Source: an uncultured Gemmatimonadales bacterium (GTDB lineage: Bacteria; ARS69). From it: DNA of 64,000 nt. The notes below the pieces were generated by a model. It saw nothing but the letters and a program-made list of their open reading frames with translations. It had not been told where the DNA came from and did no database searches. The stretch's first letter is position 1. The number at the start of each line of letters is the position of its first letter. Below, one piece after another: positions 37,645 through 47,347 of this stretch. The position numbers and the translations under genes are program-made. The stretch covers positions 305-64,304 of the forward strand of contig CAVRWY010000014.1 of NCBI GenBank assembly GCA_963725045.1, in the 5' to 3' direction.

Positions 37645-39482
37645 GAACGGGTGCGTCGCGCGCGGAACGGCGTGCCCGCCTCCTGGAAACGGCGCGTGCG
37701 CTTCCCCGGGAGCCGGGGGCTTACCTTTTTCGCGACGCGCTCGGACGCGTGATCTACGTTGGCAAAGCGAAGCAGCTCCGCTCCCGCGTGCGCTCTTATT
37801 TCCAGGAGTCTTCGGATCTCGGGCCCAAGGTGCAGCGCACCGCGGAGCTGGTCCACGCCATCGACTACGTCGTGACCCGCACCGAGCGCGAAGCGCTGCT
37901 GCTCGAGTTCAATCTCATCAAGGAGCACCGCCCCCGCTACAACGTGGTCTACCGCGACGACAAGCGCTATCCCTACTTGAAAGTCACGCTCGCCGATCCG
38001 TTTCCGCGCATTCTGCCCACGCGCCGCATCGAGGACGACGGCGCGCGTTACTTCGGACCCTACGCCGACGTCGGTTCCATGCGCCGCACGCTGCGCATCC
38101 TCGGGTCGCTCTTCCCGCTGCCAACGTGCTCTCTGAAACTGCGCGTGGGAATGTCGGAGCGCGGATGTCTGGACGTTTCCATCGGCCGGTGCGTGGGGCC
38201 GTGCCGTGGAAACGTGGATCCGGGCGAGTACCGCGCGATCGTCGACGAGGCGATGCGCTTTCTGGAGGGGCGCAAGGACGCGGTGGTCACCGGGCTCGAG
38301 CGCGAGATGGCGCGGGCCTCGCGCGAACTGCGCTACGAGGACGCCGCACGGCTGCGCGATCGTATCGTGGCGCTGGAGCGCACCGTTGAGAAGCAAGCCG
38401 TGACCATGCAGGCCACCGGCGAACGCGACGTGCTCGGCTTCGCGCGCCTCGGTCGCCTCGCGGTGGGGGCGCTCCTGCAAGTGCGCGAGGGACGCGTGAT
38501 CGGCCGCGAGCGCATGGAGCTGGGCTGCTCCGCGGCGGACCTGGACGGCGAGATCGTTCGCGGGCTTCTGCTCGGCTTCTACGAGCCGCGCGAAGAAATT
38601 CCCCGGGAGATCCTGGTGCAATCACCGCCGTCGGAGCCCGAGCTTCTGGCGGCGTGGCTCTCCGAGAAGTCGGGACATCCGGTGAAGCTCCGCGCTCCGT
38701 CGCGCGGGGAATCGCGCCGGCTCGTGGAGCTGGCGACGCACAACGCCCAGGTGGCGCTCGGTCCCCGCGAACGGGAAGGTCCGGCCCGCGCCGCGCGTGC
38801 ACCGGAGTCGCTCGCGACTGCGATCGGGTTGGAGAAGGCGCCGCATCGCATCGAAGGCGTCGACGTCTCCACGATCCAAGGCACCGATACTTATGCGTCG
38901 CTCGTGGTGTTCCTCGAAGGGGTCTCGCATCCCGAGGAGTACCGCACCTATCGCATTCGGGAAGCGCCGAAGCGCGACGATCCCCGCTCGATCGAAGAAG
39001 TCGTGCGCCGGCGCGCGCGCCGTATCGTGGCGGGCGACGCGCCGCCCGATCTGTTCCTGATCGACGGCGGACCCACCCAGCTGGCCGCGGCGGTCCGCGC
39101 GCTCCAGGAATCCGGCGCGCCGCCGATCCCGGTGATCTCGCTCGCCAAGCGCTTGGAGGAGATCCACATCCCGGGACGCGCGGAGCCGATCCGTTTGCCG
39201 GCCGACTCCGAAGCGCGCCAGCTCCTGCAGCGGGTGCGCGACGAGGCGCATCGCTTCGCGCTGCGTGCGCATCGGCGCCGGCGGGGAGCGCGTCTGGCGA
39301 CGAGCATGCTCGACGAGATCACCGGGGTCGGCGTGCGCAAGCGCAAGCTTCTCCTCGAGCGGTTCGGCTCGGTGGAAGCGATGCGCCGCGCGGGAATCGA
39401 CGCGATCGCGACCGTGCCGGGCATCGGCCGGCGTCTCGCGCTCGCGATCTGGGCGCATCTGGGCGGCGCGGAGGAATTGTGA
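37641..39482 (+). CDS. uvrC: excinuclease ABC subunit C
   Basis: GIY-YIG PGAYLFRDALGRVIYVGKAKQLRSRVRSY…, UvrBC-interaction and RNaseH-like/HhH C-terminus. The GTG overlaps the murJ stop. Confidence 0.85.
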   Translation: MRTGASRAERRARLLETARALPREPGAYLFRDALGRVIYVGKAKQLRSRVRSYFQESSDLGPKVQRTAELVHAIDYVVTRTEREALLLEFNLIKEHRPRYNVVYRDDKRYPYLKVTLADPFPRILPTRRIEDDGARYFGPYADVGSMRRTLRILGSLFPLPTCSLKLRVGMSERGCLDVSIGRCVGPCRGNVDPGEYRAIVDEAMRFLEGRKDAVVTGLEREMARASRELRYEDAARLRDRIVALERTVEKQAVTMQATGERDVLGFARLGRLAVGALLQVREGRVIGRERMELGCSAADLDGEIVRGLLLGFYEPREEIPREILVQSPPSEPELLAAWLSEKSGHPVKLRAPSRGESRRLVELATHNAQVALGPREREGPARAARAPESLATAIGLEKAPHRIEGVDVSTIQGTDTYASLVVFLEGVSHPEEYRTYRIREAPKRDDPRSIEEVVRRRARRIVAGDAPPDLFLIDGGPTQLAAAVRALQESGAPPIPVISLAKRLEEIHIPGRAEPIRLPADSEARQLLQRVRDEAHRFALRAHRRRRGARLATSMLDEITGVGVRKRKLLLERFGSVEAMRRAGIDAIATVPGIGRRLALAIWAHLGGAEEL

Positions 39483-40051
39483 CGTTGACCCATCTTCGTG
39501 TGGAGCGCGACGGGATCGCGGTGCACGCGTGGGCGTCGCGCGAGGGCGTGATCGCTCTGCACGTGGGAGAGGTTCCGGCCGTGGCCATCACGGCGGGCGC
39601 GCATCCGGTCGCGGGGGTGGCGATCGGCCAAGGAATGGGAAACGCGGCGATGCATGAATTGGCCGGTGCGTTGGAGCGCTATCTCCAAGGAGCGACGTTC
39701 GACTGGAGCGGTGCGCTCGACGTCCGCGGCATTCCCGCGTTCTCCGCGGCGGTCTTCGAGGCGGTGCGCCGCATCCCCTACGGCCGCGTCACGACGTACG
39801 GCGCAATCGCGCGCGAGATCGGCCGCGCGCGCTCCGGGCGCGCGGTGGGGACCGCACTGCATCGCAATCCCTTTCCGATCGTGGTGCCGTGTCATCGCGT
39901 GCTCAAGGAGCACGGCGGGCTCGGCGGATTCGCCTGCGGGCTGGAGATGAAACGGCGGCTGCTCGCGCTCGAGTCGGGACAGCGGAGCATTCCGTTCGAT
40001 CGCGGCACGGCGCCGGCCGCACGCGGCATCAAACCGGACTCGCACGAATGA
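39479..40051 (+). CDS. ogt: methylated-DNA--protein-cysteine S-methyltransferase
   Basis: …[17 protein letters not shown]…[21 protein letters not shown] (PCHRV active site). The GTG overlaps the uvrC stop. Confidence 0.8.
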   Translation: MTLTHLRVERDGIAVHAWASREGVIALHVGEVPAVAITAGAHPVAGVAIGQGMGNAAMHELAGALERYLQGATFDWSGALDVRGIPAFSAAVFEAVRRIPYGRVTTYGAIAREIGRARSGRAVGTALHRNPFPIVVPCHRVLKEHGGLGGFACGLEMKRRLLALESGQRSIPFDRGTAPAARGIKPDSHE

Positions 40052-40974
40052 AACCGGACTCCGCGGCGCGCCGCTTTCTGGAGAGCCTCGCCGTCGAAGA
40101 CGGGGCTTCGCCGCGCACGCTCGATGCCTATCGCCGCGATCTGGTCCGCTACGCGACTGCGCTTCGGGAGCAGGGAGATCCGGAGCTCGAAGACGTTCGC
40201 GCCGAGCAGGTCACCCGCTTCCTGGAAGCGGAGCACCGTGCGGGAATGGGTCCGACGACGCTCGCTCGCCGGCTCGCCGCAGTGCGCGGGCTGCACCGCT
40301 GGGCGCAGGGCATGGGAATCGCGCGCGACGATCCCGCCCGCGACGCCAAGGGGCCGAAGCGTCCGGCGCGGCTCCCGAAGGCGATCTCGGTCGCCGAGGT
40401 GGAGGCCCTGCTCGCCGCCGTCGCCGGGGACGATCCGGTCGCGCTGCGGGATCGCGCGCTCTTGGAGCTTGGCTACGCGACGGGATTGCGCGCCTCGGAG
40501 ATCGTGGCCGTCGACATCGCCCATCTGGAGGAGGAGCCGGGGATGCTCCGCGTACGCGGAAAGGGAAGCGTGGAGCGCTGGGTTCCGGTGGGCGCGATCG
40601 CCATGGATGCGGTGCACGCGTGGATCGCTCGCGGGCGCGCGGCGATGGCTGGAGTCCGGGCCGCCGACGCGCTCTTCGTGAATCGCCGCGGGCGGCGGCT
40701 CACGCGAATCGGCTTCTGGGAAATCGTTCGCGAGCGCGCGAGGGCCGCGCATCTGGACGGCCGCGTCTCCCCGCACACGCTCCGTCACTCGTTCGCGACC
40801 CATCTCCTGGAAGGGGGGGCCGACCTTCGCGTGGTCCAGGAGCTTCTCGGGCACGCCGATCTCTCCACCACGCAGGTCTACACGCGGGTCGATGCAACCT
40901 ATCTGCGCGAGGTGCACAAGAGCTTTCATCCGCGCGAGCGTGCCGGCGCAACGCGCGGCGGGGAGCGCGCTTGA
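40048..40974 (+). CDS. xerD: tyrosine site-specific recombinase XerC/XerD family
   Basis: …[13 protein letters not shown]…[12 protein letters not shown]…[39 protein letters not shown]. The ATG overlaps the ogt stop. Confidence 0.8.
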   Translation: MKPDSAARRFLESLAVEDGASPRTLDAYRRDLVRYATALREQGDPELEDVRAEQVTRFLEAEHRAGMGPTTLARRLAAVRGLHRWAQGMGIARDDPARDAKGPKRPARLPKAISVAEVEALLAAVAGDDPVALRDRALLELGYATGLRASEIVAVDIAHLEEEPGMLRVRGKGSVERWVPVGAIAMDAVHAWIARGRAAMAGVRAADALFVNRRGRRLTRIGFWEIVRERARAAHLDGRVSPHTLRHSFATHLLEGGADLRVVQELLGHADLSTTQVYTRVDATYLREVHKSFHPRERAGATRGGERA

Positions 40975-41038
40975 CGTGGCGCGCGCGAGGCGCCTAGTCT
41001 CCGGCTCGGGGCTCTCCCATCACCGCTTCCGAGGGGAC

Positions 41039-41896
41039 ATGGACGAGCGCGGACGCAAGTCAAACTTGGATCCGGCGGCGACCGTGGTCGCCGAAGGTGT
41101 CGACGCGCCGGTCGATCCCACCGCGCTTCCCACGGAAGAGCAGGGGGAAGGGCCGGCCGGAACCGGCTACCGCGTTCAGCTCGAAAAGTTCGAAGGACCG
41201 CTCGATCTCCTGCTCTTCCTCATCAAGCGCGACGAGATCGACATCGTCGACATTCCCATCGCGCACATTTCCGAGCAGTACCTCGCGTCGATCCGCGAGG
41301 TCGACGATCTCGACCTCGATCGCGCCGGCGAGTTTCTCTTGATGGCTGCAACTCTCATGCGCATCAAGGCCAAGCTTCTGCTTCCCGCTCCAGTGGACGA
41401 AGAGACCGACGAAGAGGAGATCGATCCTCGCGCCGAGCTCGTGCGCCGGCTGCTCGAGTACCGCGAGTTCAAGCGCATCGGAGAGATTCTCGGCGCCAAA
41501 GAAGAAGAATGGCGCGGCATCTTTCGACGCGATCCGCCGCCCTTGCCGGAAGTGGATGCGCCGGACGAAGGCCTCGGAATCTCGCTGCTCGATCTCTTCC
41601 GTGCGTTTCGTCGGGTGCTGGAGAACATGCCCGACAACGATCCGTTCGAGCTCGTCACCGAAGAGTACTCGGTGGACGAGCAGATCGAGTTCATTCGCCG
41701 CGAGTGCTTCGTCACCAAGGACGGCGTGCCGTTCACGTCGCTCTTTCCCAAGCGCCGCTCGCGCTCGCTGGTGATCACCACGTTCTTGGCGCTGCTCGAG
41801 CTCATGCGACGGGGAGAAGTTCTCGCCGTCCAACCCGACGAGTTCGGTGAGATCTGGCTGAAGCAGAAAGAGGAGCCGTCTGGGCATGCTCTCTGA
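41039..41896 (+). CDS. scpA: segregation and condensation protein A
   Basis: …YRVQLEKFEGPLDLLLFLIKRDEIDIVDIPIAHISEQYL…. Confidence 0.8.
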   Translation: MDERGRKSNLDPAATVVAEGVDAPVDPTALPTEEQGEGPAGTGYRVQLEKFEGPLDLLLFLIKRDEIDIVDIPIAHISEQYLASIREVDDLDLDRAGEFLLMAATLMRIKAKLLLPAPVDEETDEEEIDPRAELVRRLLEYREFKRIGEILGAKEEEWRGIFRRDPPPLPEVDAPDEGLGISLLDLFRAFRRVLENMPDNDPFELVTEEYSVDEQIEFIRRECFVTKDGVPFTSLFPKRRSRSLVITTFLALLELMRRGEVLAVQPDEFGEIWLKQKEEPSGHAL

Positions 41897-42629
41897 CACG
41901 ACCGCATCCGGGGAACCCTCCGGCAACGAAGCCGAGCCCGCGCCTCCTTCCGCCCAGCTCACTGGGGAAGAGCGCGTCGAGGCTCTCTTGTTCTCGTGCC
42001 AGACGCCGCTCGCCGCGCCGCGCATCGCCGAGCTCGCGGGACTCCCGCGCGGCGATGTGCTCGAAGCGATCGATCGGCTGAACGTCGCCTACGCCGAGAC
42101 CGGGCGCACGTTCCGCATCGCCGCGGTGGCGCTCGGATTCCAACTGGTCACGAATCCCGAGCTCGCTCCGATCCTGACCAAGCTGCACGCCGAGCGTTTG
42201 CCCACGCGTCTCTCGCGCGCGGCTCTGGAGACGCTGGCGATCATCGCGTTCAAGCAGCCCGTCGCCCGCGCGGAGATCGACGCGATCCGCGGCGTGTCCG
42301 CATCCGATCGCGTGCTTCGCCACCTCCTGGAGCGCAAGGCGATCCGCATCGCGGGGCGCGCCGACGCTCCCGGCCGCCCGCTCCTCTACGGGACGACGCG
42401 CGAATTTCTCGAGTATTTCGGTCTCGCGAGCCTCACCGATCTCCCGCGCACCGAAGAGTTGGAAGCCCTGCTCGCGGGGGACAGGCCGGCCCTGGAGGTC
42501 GACGCCGAGGACGAAGACGAGATGGAGGTGGCTCGCGAGGACGAGGATCGGGACTCCGGCGCGCGTTCGTCCGATGCGCACGAAGACGTCGAGGAAGAGG
42601 ACGCCGAGGAAATCGAAGAGGAAGCCTGA
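41886..42629 (+). CDS. scpB: segregation and condensation protein B
   Basis: …RVEALLFSCQTPLAAPRIAEL…FQLVTNPELAPIL…TLAIIAFKQPVARAEIDAIRGV…; acidic tail. Confidence 0.8.
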   Translation: MLSDTTASGEPSGNEAEPAPPSAQLTGEERVEALLFSCQTPLAAPRIAELAGLPRGDVLEAIDRLNVAYAETGRTFRIAAVALGFQLVTNPELAPILTKLHAERLPTRLSRAALETLAIIAFKQPVARAEIDAIRGVSASDRVLRHLLERKAIRIAGRADAPGRPLLYGTTREFLEYFGLASLTDLPRTEELEALLAGDRPALEVDAEDEDEMEVAREDEDRDSGARSSDAHEDVEEEDAEEIEEEA

Positions 42630-42683
42630 GCAATCGCCCAGGTCCCGGATCCCCGTCTCACTCCGGGGAGGAGTCGGACGGCT

Positions 42684-43442
42684 GTGTCGGAACCCATACG
42701 TCTCAACCGATTCCTGGCCGGAGCCGGCGTGGCGTCGCGGCGTCAGTGCGACGTGCTCATCCGCGAAGGAAGGATCTCGGTCAACGGTGCGTTGATCACC
42801 GAGCTGGGGACGCGGGTCACTCCGGGGCTCGACCAGGTGGAGCTCGACGGAGCGCGGGTCGATGCGGACGATGGGGAGCGGACCCTGGTGATGCACAAGC
42901 CGAAGGATGTCCTCGTCGCGGCGCGTGATCCGCGCGGGCGTCGCACGGTGATGGATCTCCTCCAAGGCTTCCCGGGACGCGTCTTCCCCGTGGGACGGCT
43001 CGACTATCGCAGCGAAGGGCTCTTGCTCTTCACCAACGACGGGGAGCTCGCGTACCGTCTCGCGCATCCGCGCTTCAAAGTCGAAAAGTTGTATCGCGTG
43101 GAAGTGGAAGGCTCGGTCGCCCCCGGAGTCCTGCGTGCGCTGCGGCGTGGAGTCGTTCTCGAAGACGGCCCCACGCAGCCCGCACAAGTGCGCATCGTCG
43201 CGCGCGAGGGCAAGCGGACGACTCTCGAATTCGGGCTGCGGGAGGGGAGGAAGAGGCAGGTGCGTCGCATGCTCGCCTTGTTCGGATTCCCGGTGGAGCG
43301 TCTGGTGCGCACCCGCTTCGGTCCGCTCGAGCTGGGAACGCTCGCCGAGGGTGCGTGGCGCGTGCTCGAGTCGCGTGAAGTCCGCGAGCTGCGGCGTGCG
43401 GCAGGCCTCGCCGTCGCGGCGGCGAACGGCGGGCCGTCGTGA
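42684..43442 (+). CDS. rluB: 23S rRNA pseudouridine synthase (RsuA/RluB family)
   Basis: S4 domain (IRLNRFLAGAGVASRRQCDVLIREGRISVNG), then …HKPKDVLVAARDPRGRRTV…GRLDYRSEGLLLFTNDGELAYRL. Confidence 0.8.
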   Translation: MSEPIRLNRFLAGAGVASRRQCDVLIREGRISVNGALITELGTRVTPGLDQVELDGARVDADDGERTLVMHKPKDVLVAARDPRGRRTVMDLLQGFPGRVFPVGRLDYRSEGLLLFTNDGELAYRLAHPRFKVEKLYRVEVEGSVAPGVLRALRRGVVLEDGPTQPAQVRIVAREGKRTTLEFGLREGRKRQVRRMLALFGFPVERLVRTRFGPLELGTLAEGAWRVLESREVRELRRAAGLAVAAANGGPS

Positions 43443-44455
43443 TCCTCATTCTGAAGAAGGACGCCACCGACGCCGACATCGATGCGCTGTTGGAGCGGCT
43501 CGCGTCGCTCGGCGCTCTGGGACGGATTTCGCGCGGTGCGGAGCATTCGGTGGTGGCCGTCGAAGGCGACACGACGCTGCTCGCCCAGGCCCAGCTCGAT
43601 GCGCTCGCCGCGGTGGAGCGCGTGGTCCCCACGGCAAAGCCGTACAAGCTCGCGAGCCGCGACTATCGCACGGCGAACTCCACGATCTCTCTGGGTGCGC
43701 GCGTCGTCGCCGGCGGGAAGAAGGTCGTGGTCATCGCCGGGCCATGCTCGGTGGAGTCGCGCGCGCAGTGCTTCACGATCGCGGAGTCCGTCGCCAAGGC
43801 CGGGGCTGCGCTCTTTCGCGGCGGCGCCTTCAAGCCGCGCACCTCTCCGTACTCGTTCCAGGGACTCGGCCGCGAAGGCTTGGAGATCCTGGCGGAAGTG
43901 CGCGATCGAACCGGGCTCGCGATCATCACCGAGGTCATGGACACGCGGGACGTGGAGCTCGTCGCGCGGTACGCCGACGTCCTGCAAGTCGGTGCCCGCA
44001 ACGTGCAGAACTTCAGCCTGCTGAACGAGGTGGGGAAATCGCGCAAGCCGGTGTTCCTCAAGCGCGGCATGATGACCACGGTGAACGAGCTCTTGATGTC
44101 GGCGGAATACGTTCTCTCCAACGGCAACGAGAACGTGGTGCTCTGCGAGCGGGGCATCCGCACGTTCGAGACCGCGCTGCGCAACACGCTGGATCTCTCC
44201 GCGGTGCCGCTTTTGCAGAGCCTCACGCACCTTCCGGTGATGGTCGATCCCAGCCACGGGGTGGGGGACTGGCGCTACGTGGTTCCCATGGCACGTGCGG
44301 CCGTCGCCGCCGGCGCCGACGGGCTCATGATCGAGGTGCATCACTCTCCCGAGACCGCGTTCTCCGACGGCGTCCAATCGATCCTTCCGCGCCGATTCAC
44401 GGACGCGATGGTGGAGATTCGCAAGGTCGCGCGCGCCGTGGGACGCGCCGTTTGA
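43439..44455 (+). CDS. 3-deoxy-7-phosphoheptulonate (DAHP) synthase, type I-beta with N-terminal regulatory domain
   Basis: …VVVIAGPCSVES…GAALFRGGAFKPRTSPYSFQGLG…; the GTG overlaps the rluB stop. Confidence 0.75.
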   Translation: MILILKKDATDADIDALLERLASLGALGRISRGAEHSVVAVEGDTTLLAQAQLDALAAVERVVPTAKPYKLASRDYRTANSTISLGARVVAGGKKVVVIAGPCSVESRAQCFTIAESVAKAGAALFRGGAFKPRTSPYSFQGLGREGLEILAEVRDRTGLAIITEVMDTRDVELVARYADVLQVGARNVQNFSLLNEVGKSRKPVFLKRGMMTTVNELLMSAEYVLSNGNENVVLCERGIRTFETALRNTLDLSAVPLLQSLTHLPVMVDPSHGVGDWRYVVPMARAAVAAGADGLMIEVHHSPETAFSDGVQSILPRRFTDAMVEIRKVARAVGRAV

Positions 44456-44462
44456 CCCAGTC

Positions 44463-45812
44463 GTGAGTGCGCGCCCGCGAATCGTGGGGCGATGGTCTCC
44501 CCCCGGAGACAAATCGCTCTCGCATCGCGCACTCCTCTTCGCCGCGATCGCCGGCGGGCGCGCGGAGCTCCGGCGGATGAACGAAGGCGACGACGTCGCC
44601 GCGACGGCCCGGGCGCTGCGCACACTCGGAGTGCGCGTGCAACGCCGCGGCGAGGCATGGGTCGTCGAGGGGAAAGGGGCCGGCTCCTTTCGAGCGCCGC
44701 AAAAGCCCATCGATTGTGCGAACTCGGGAACGACGATGCGGCTTCTGGCCGGAGTGCTGGCGGCGTGCCCGTTCGCGTCCACGCTGGTGGGAGATGCGTC
44801 GCTCTCGCGCCGGCCCATGGCGCGCGTCGCGGAACCGCTCGCGCGCATGGGCGCTCGCGTGAGCGGCGTGCGGGCGCGCGGTGCGGGCGGCGTCACCGCG
44901 CCGCTTCGCGTGCGCGGCGGGCCGCTTCGCGCCTCGCGCCATCTTCTGGCGGTGTCGAGCGCCCAGGTGAAATCAGCGATCCTGCTGGCGGCGTGGATCG
45001 GCCGAGTGCCGGCATCGGTGACCGAGCCGCAGCGCTCGCGTGACCACACCGAGCGCATGCTGCGCGCGCTCGGTGCACAGGTGCGCGCGCGGGGGCGCAC
45101 GGTCACGCTGCGCCCGCGCGGAACGCTGGCCGCGCCGCAGGGCGAGATCCCCGGCGATCCTTCGGCCGCCGCGTTTCTCGCCGCCGCCGCGGCCGCGCTT
45201 CCGGGCTCCGATCTGCGGATCGAGGATTGTCTGCTGAATCCCACGCGCCTCGGTTTTTTCCGACTGCTGGCGCGCATGGGGGCGCGCATCGACGTGGAAC
45301 GTTCGCGCACTTGGTGCGGCGAGCCGGCAGGCACGATCCGTGTGCGTCCCGGTCGATTGCGCGCGTTTCGAATCACCAAGGCGAGTGTTCCTTCTCTGGT
45401 CGACGAGATTCCGGTGCTCGCCGTCCTGGCAGCGGGGGCCTGTCGCGGCCGCAGCCGCGTTCGCGGCGCCGAGGAATTGCGCGTGAAGGAATCGGACCGC
45501 ATCGCCGCCCTCGCAGAGGGGCTGGAGCGAGTTGGGGCGCAGGTGCGCGAAACGCCCGACGGTCTCGACATCGAAGGAGGGACGCTCCGCGGCGGACGTG
45601 TGGAAGCTCGCGGGGATCATCGCATCGCAATGGCGTTCCGCATCGCCGGGCTTCTGGCGCGCGATCCGATCACGGTGCGCGGCGCCGGCACCGCGCGCGT
45701 CTCACATCCGGGCTTCGCGCGGGATCTCGAGCGATTGCTGCGCACGCGGGCGCACCCGCGCACCCCGGCGCGGCGCGCACGCACGCGGGCTGCGGCGAGG
45801 CCCCGCTCGTGA
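44463..45812 (+). CDS. aroA: 3-phosphoshikimate 1-carboxyvinyltransferase (EPSP synthase)
   Basis: …PGDKSLSHRALLFAAIAGG…NSGTTMRLLAGVLA…DHRIAMAF…; ~24-aa Arg/Ala-rich C-terminal extension before the stop. Confidence 0.8.
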   Translation: MSARPRIVGRWSPPGDKSLSHRALLFAAIAGGRAELRRMNEGDDVAATARALRTLGVRVQRRGEAWVVEGKGAGSFRAPQKPIDCANSGTTMRLLAGVLAACPFASTLVGDASLSRRPMARVAEPLARMGARVSGVRARGAGGVTAPLRVRGGPLRASRHLLAVSSAQVKSAILLAAWIGRVPASVTEPQRSRDHTERMLRALGAQVRARGRTVTLRPRGTLAAPQGEIPGDPSAAAFLAAAAAALPGSDLRIEDCLLNPTRLGFFRLLARMGARIDVERSRTWCGEPAGTIRVRPGRLRAFRITKASVPSLVDEIPVLAVLAAGACRGRSRVRGAEELRVKESDRIAALAEGLERVGAQVRETPDGLDIEGGTLRGGRVEARGDHRIAMAFRIAGLLARDPITVRGAGTARVSHPGFARDLERLLRTRAHPRTPARRARTRAAARPRS

Positions 45813-46495
45813 ACCCGGGGCTCGTGGTCGCGATCGACGGGCCGGCCGGCTCCGGGAAGAGCACGACGGCACGCCTCGTCGCCGAGCGACTGGGCTTTCT
45901 CTATTTGGACACCGGCGCGATGTATCGCGCGCTCACCTGGAAGGTGCTGGCCTCGGGCGGCGATCCGCACGACCAATCCCTCGTTGCGCGGATCGCCAGG
46001 GAGACGCGGATCGAGATGCGCCGCGACGCATCGGGTGCGCGGGTCCTCGTGGACGGAGAGGACGTGAGCGACGACATTCGGGGCGCACGCGTCTCCCGTG
46101 AGGTTTCGTGGGTCGCGCGGGTTCCCGAGGCCCGGGGCGTGCTGGTCGAGCGGCAGCGCGAGATCGCGGCGCAGGGCGGGGTCGTGGTGGAGGGGCGCGA
46201 CATCGGCACCGTGGTGTTTCCCGACGCCGCGGTCAAAATCTACCTGGACGCATCCCTTGAAGAGCGCGCCCGCCGCCGCCGCCGGGAGTTGGAAGAGCGC
46301 GGCCCGGCGCCGCCGCTGGAAGAGATCGCCGGCGATCTCGCCGCACGCGACCGGCTCGATTCGGAGCGCGATCTAAGCCCTTTGCGCCGGGCCCCGGACG
46401 CGATCCTGATCGACACGACGGAGATGTCCGTCGACGAGCAGGTCGAAGCGGTGGTGGGCCGGGTCCGGGAGGGAATGGCGGGGCCGGGTCGCTGA
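45809..46495 (+). CDS. cmk: cytidylate kinase
   Basis: VVAIDGPAGSGKSTTARLVAERLGFLYLDTGAMYRA…; the GTG overlaps the aroA stop. Confidence 0.85.
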   Translation: MNPGLVVAIDGPAGSGKSTTARLVAERLGFLYLDTGAMYRALTWKVLASGGDPHDQSLVARIARETRIEMRRDASGARVLVDGEDVSDDIRGARVSREVSWVARVPEARGVLVERQREIAAQGGVVVEGRDIGTVVFPDAAVKIYLDASLEERARRRRRELEERGPAPPLEEIAGDLAARDRLDSERDLSPLRRAPDAILIDTTEMSVDEQVEAVVGRVREGMAGPGR

Positions 46496-46624
46496 CGGCC
46501 ATCCGGCGGGCTGGTCCGGGAGCCGACACCTTGAACCGGCGGACATTTTTTGGTTCTCTCCCCGGAGTCCCTGAGATATCCTCCGCGTTTCCTCGGTGCT
46601 GGATTCCGGAGGACGGTCCCTGGC

Positions 46625-47269
46625 GTGGGGCTTTTCTATCAAGTCTGCAAACGCTCGGGGTCCGCGCTCATCCAGCTTCTGTGGGGAATGCGCGTCGAAG
46701 GACGCGAACGAGTCCCGATGGAAGGTGCGCTCTTGGTGACCGCGAATCACCGGAGCGTGCTCGACCCTCCGTTCCTGGGAGCCGCGCTTCCTCGAGAGGC
46801 CGGCTTCGCCGCGAAGAGGGAGCTCTTCGAGGTTCCCGGACTGGGGGCGCTCATCGGGGCGCTTCATGCGATCCCGGTGGATCGCTCGAGCTTGGCGCCC
46901 TCGACGATGCGCCGGTTCGAAGATTGGTTGGAGCGCGGAAACGCGCTGGTCGTGTTCCCGGAGGGGACGCGATCGAAGGACGGGCGGCTCGGCGAACCCA
47001 AGGTCGGGGTCGGGATGATGCTCGTCCGGCTCTCGGTTCCCGTGCTCCCGGTGTGGATCGAGGGAACGGAGTCGCCCATCCGGAACTTGTTCCGGCGGGG
47101 GCGCGTGCGGGTCGTATTCGGCAGCCCCTACGCGCTCCCGAGCGAAGTGATCCCGGAGTCGACGGAGCGGGAACGCTTCCGAGACGCCGCGCGGTTCGTG
47201 CTCGACGCGATTCGCCGGCTCGGAGACGAAAAGGGATCACGATCGAGGGAGACGGAGCACCCGGCGTAG
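46625..47269 (+). CDS. plsC: 1-acyl-sn-glycerol-3-phosphate acyltransferase
   Basis: …LVTANHRSVLDPPFLG (HxxxxD) …VVFPEGTRS…; GGAGG lies upstream of GTG 46625. The longer ORF from 46550 is less likely. Confidence 0.7.
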   Translation: MGLFYQVCKRSGSALIQLLWGMRVEGRERVPMEGALLVTANHRSVLDPPFLGAALPREAGFAAKRELFEVPGLGALIGALHAIPVDRSSLAPSTMRRFEDWLERGNALVVFPEGTRSKDGRLGEPKVGVGMMLVRLSVPVLPVWIEGTESPIRNLFRRGRVRVVFGSPYALPSEVIPESTERERFRDAARFVLDAIRRLGDEKGSRSRETEHPA

Positions 47270-47347
47270 GGTCGCGCCGCCGCGAAAGCGGCCTGCTGCG
47301 CCTGCCGGTCATGCTTCGAATTCAGTACGAAGGGATGGATTCATTTC

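Noticed and set aside
36564-39482. 972-codon + strand ORF spanning murJ and uvrC
   Set aside because: Only its 3' part (from GTG 37641) is UvrC. The 5' part is the out-of-frame overlap with murJ.
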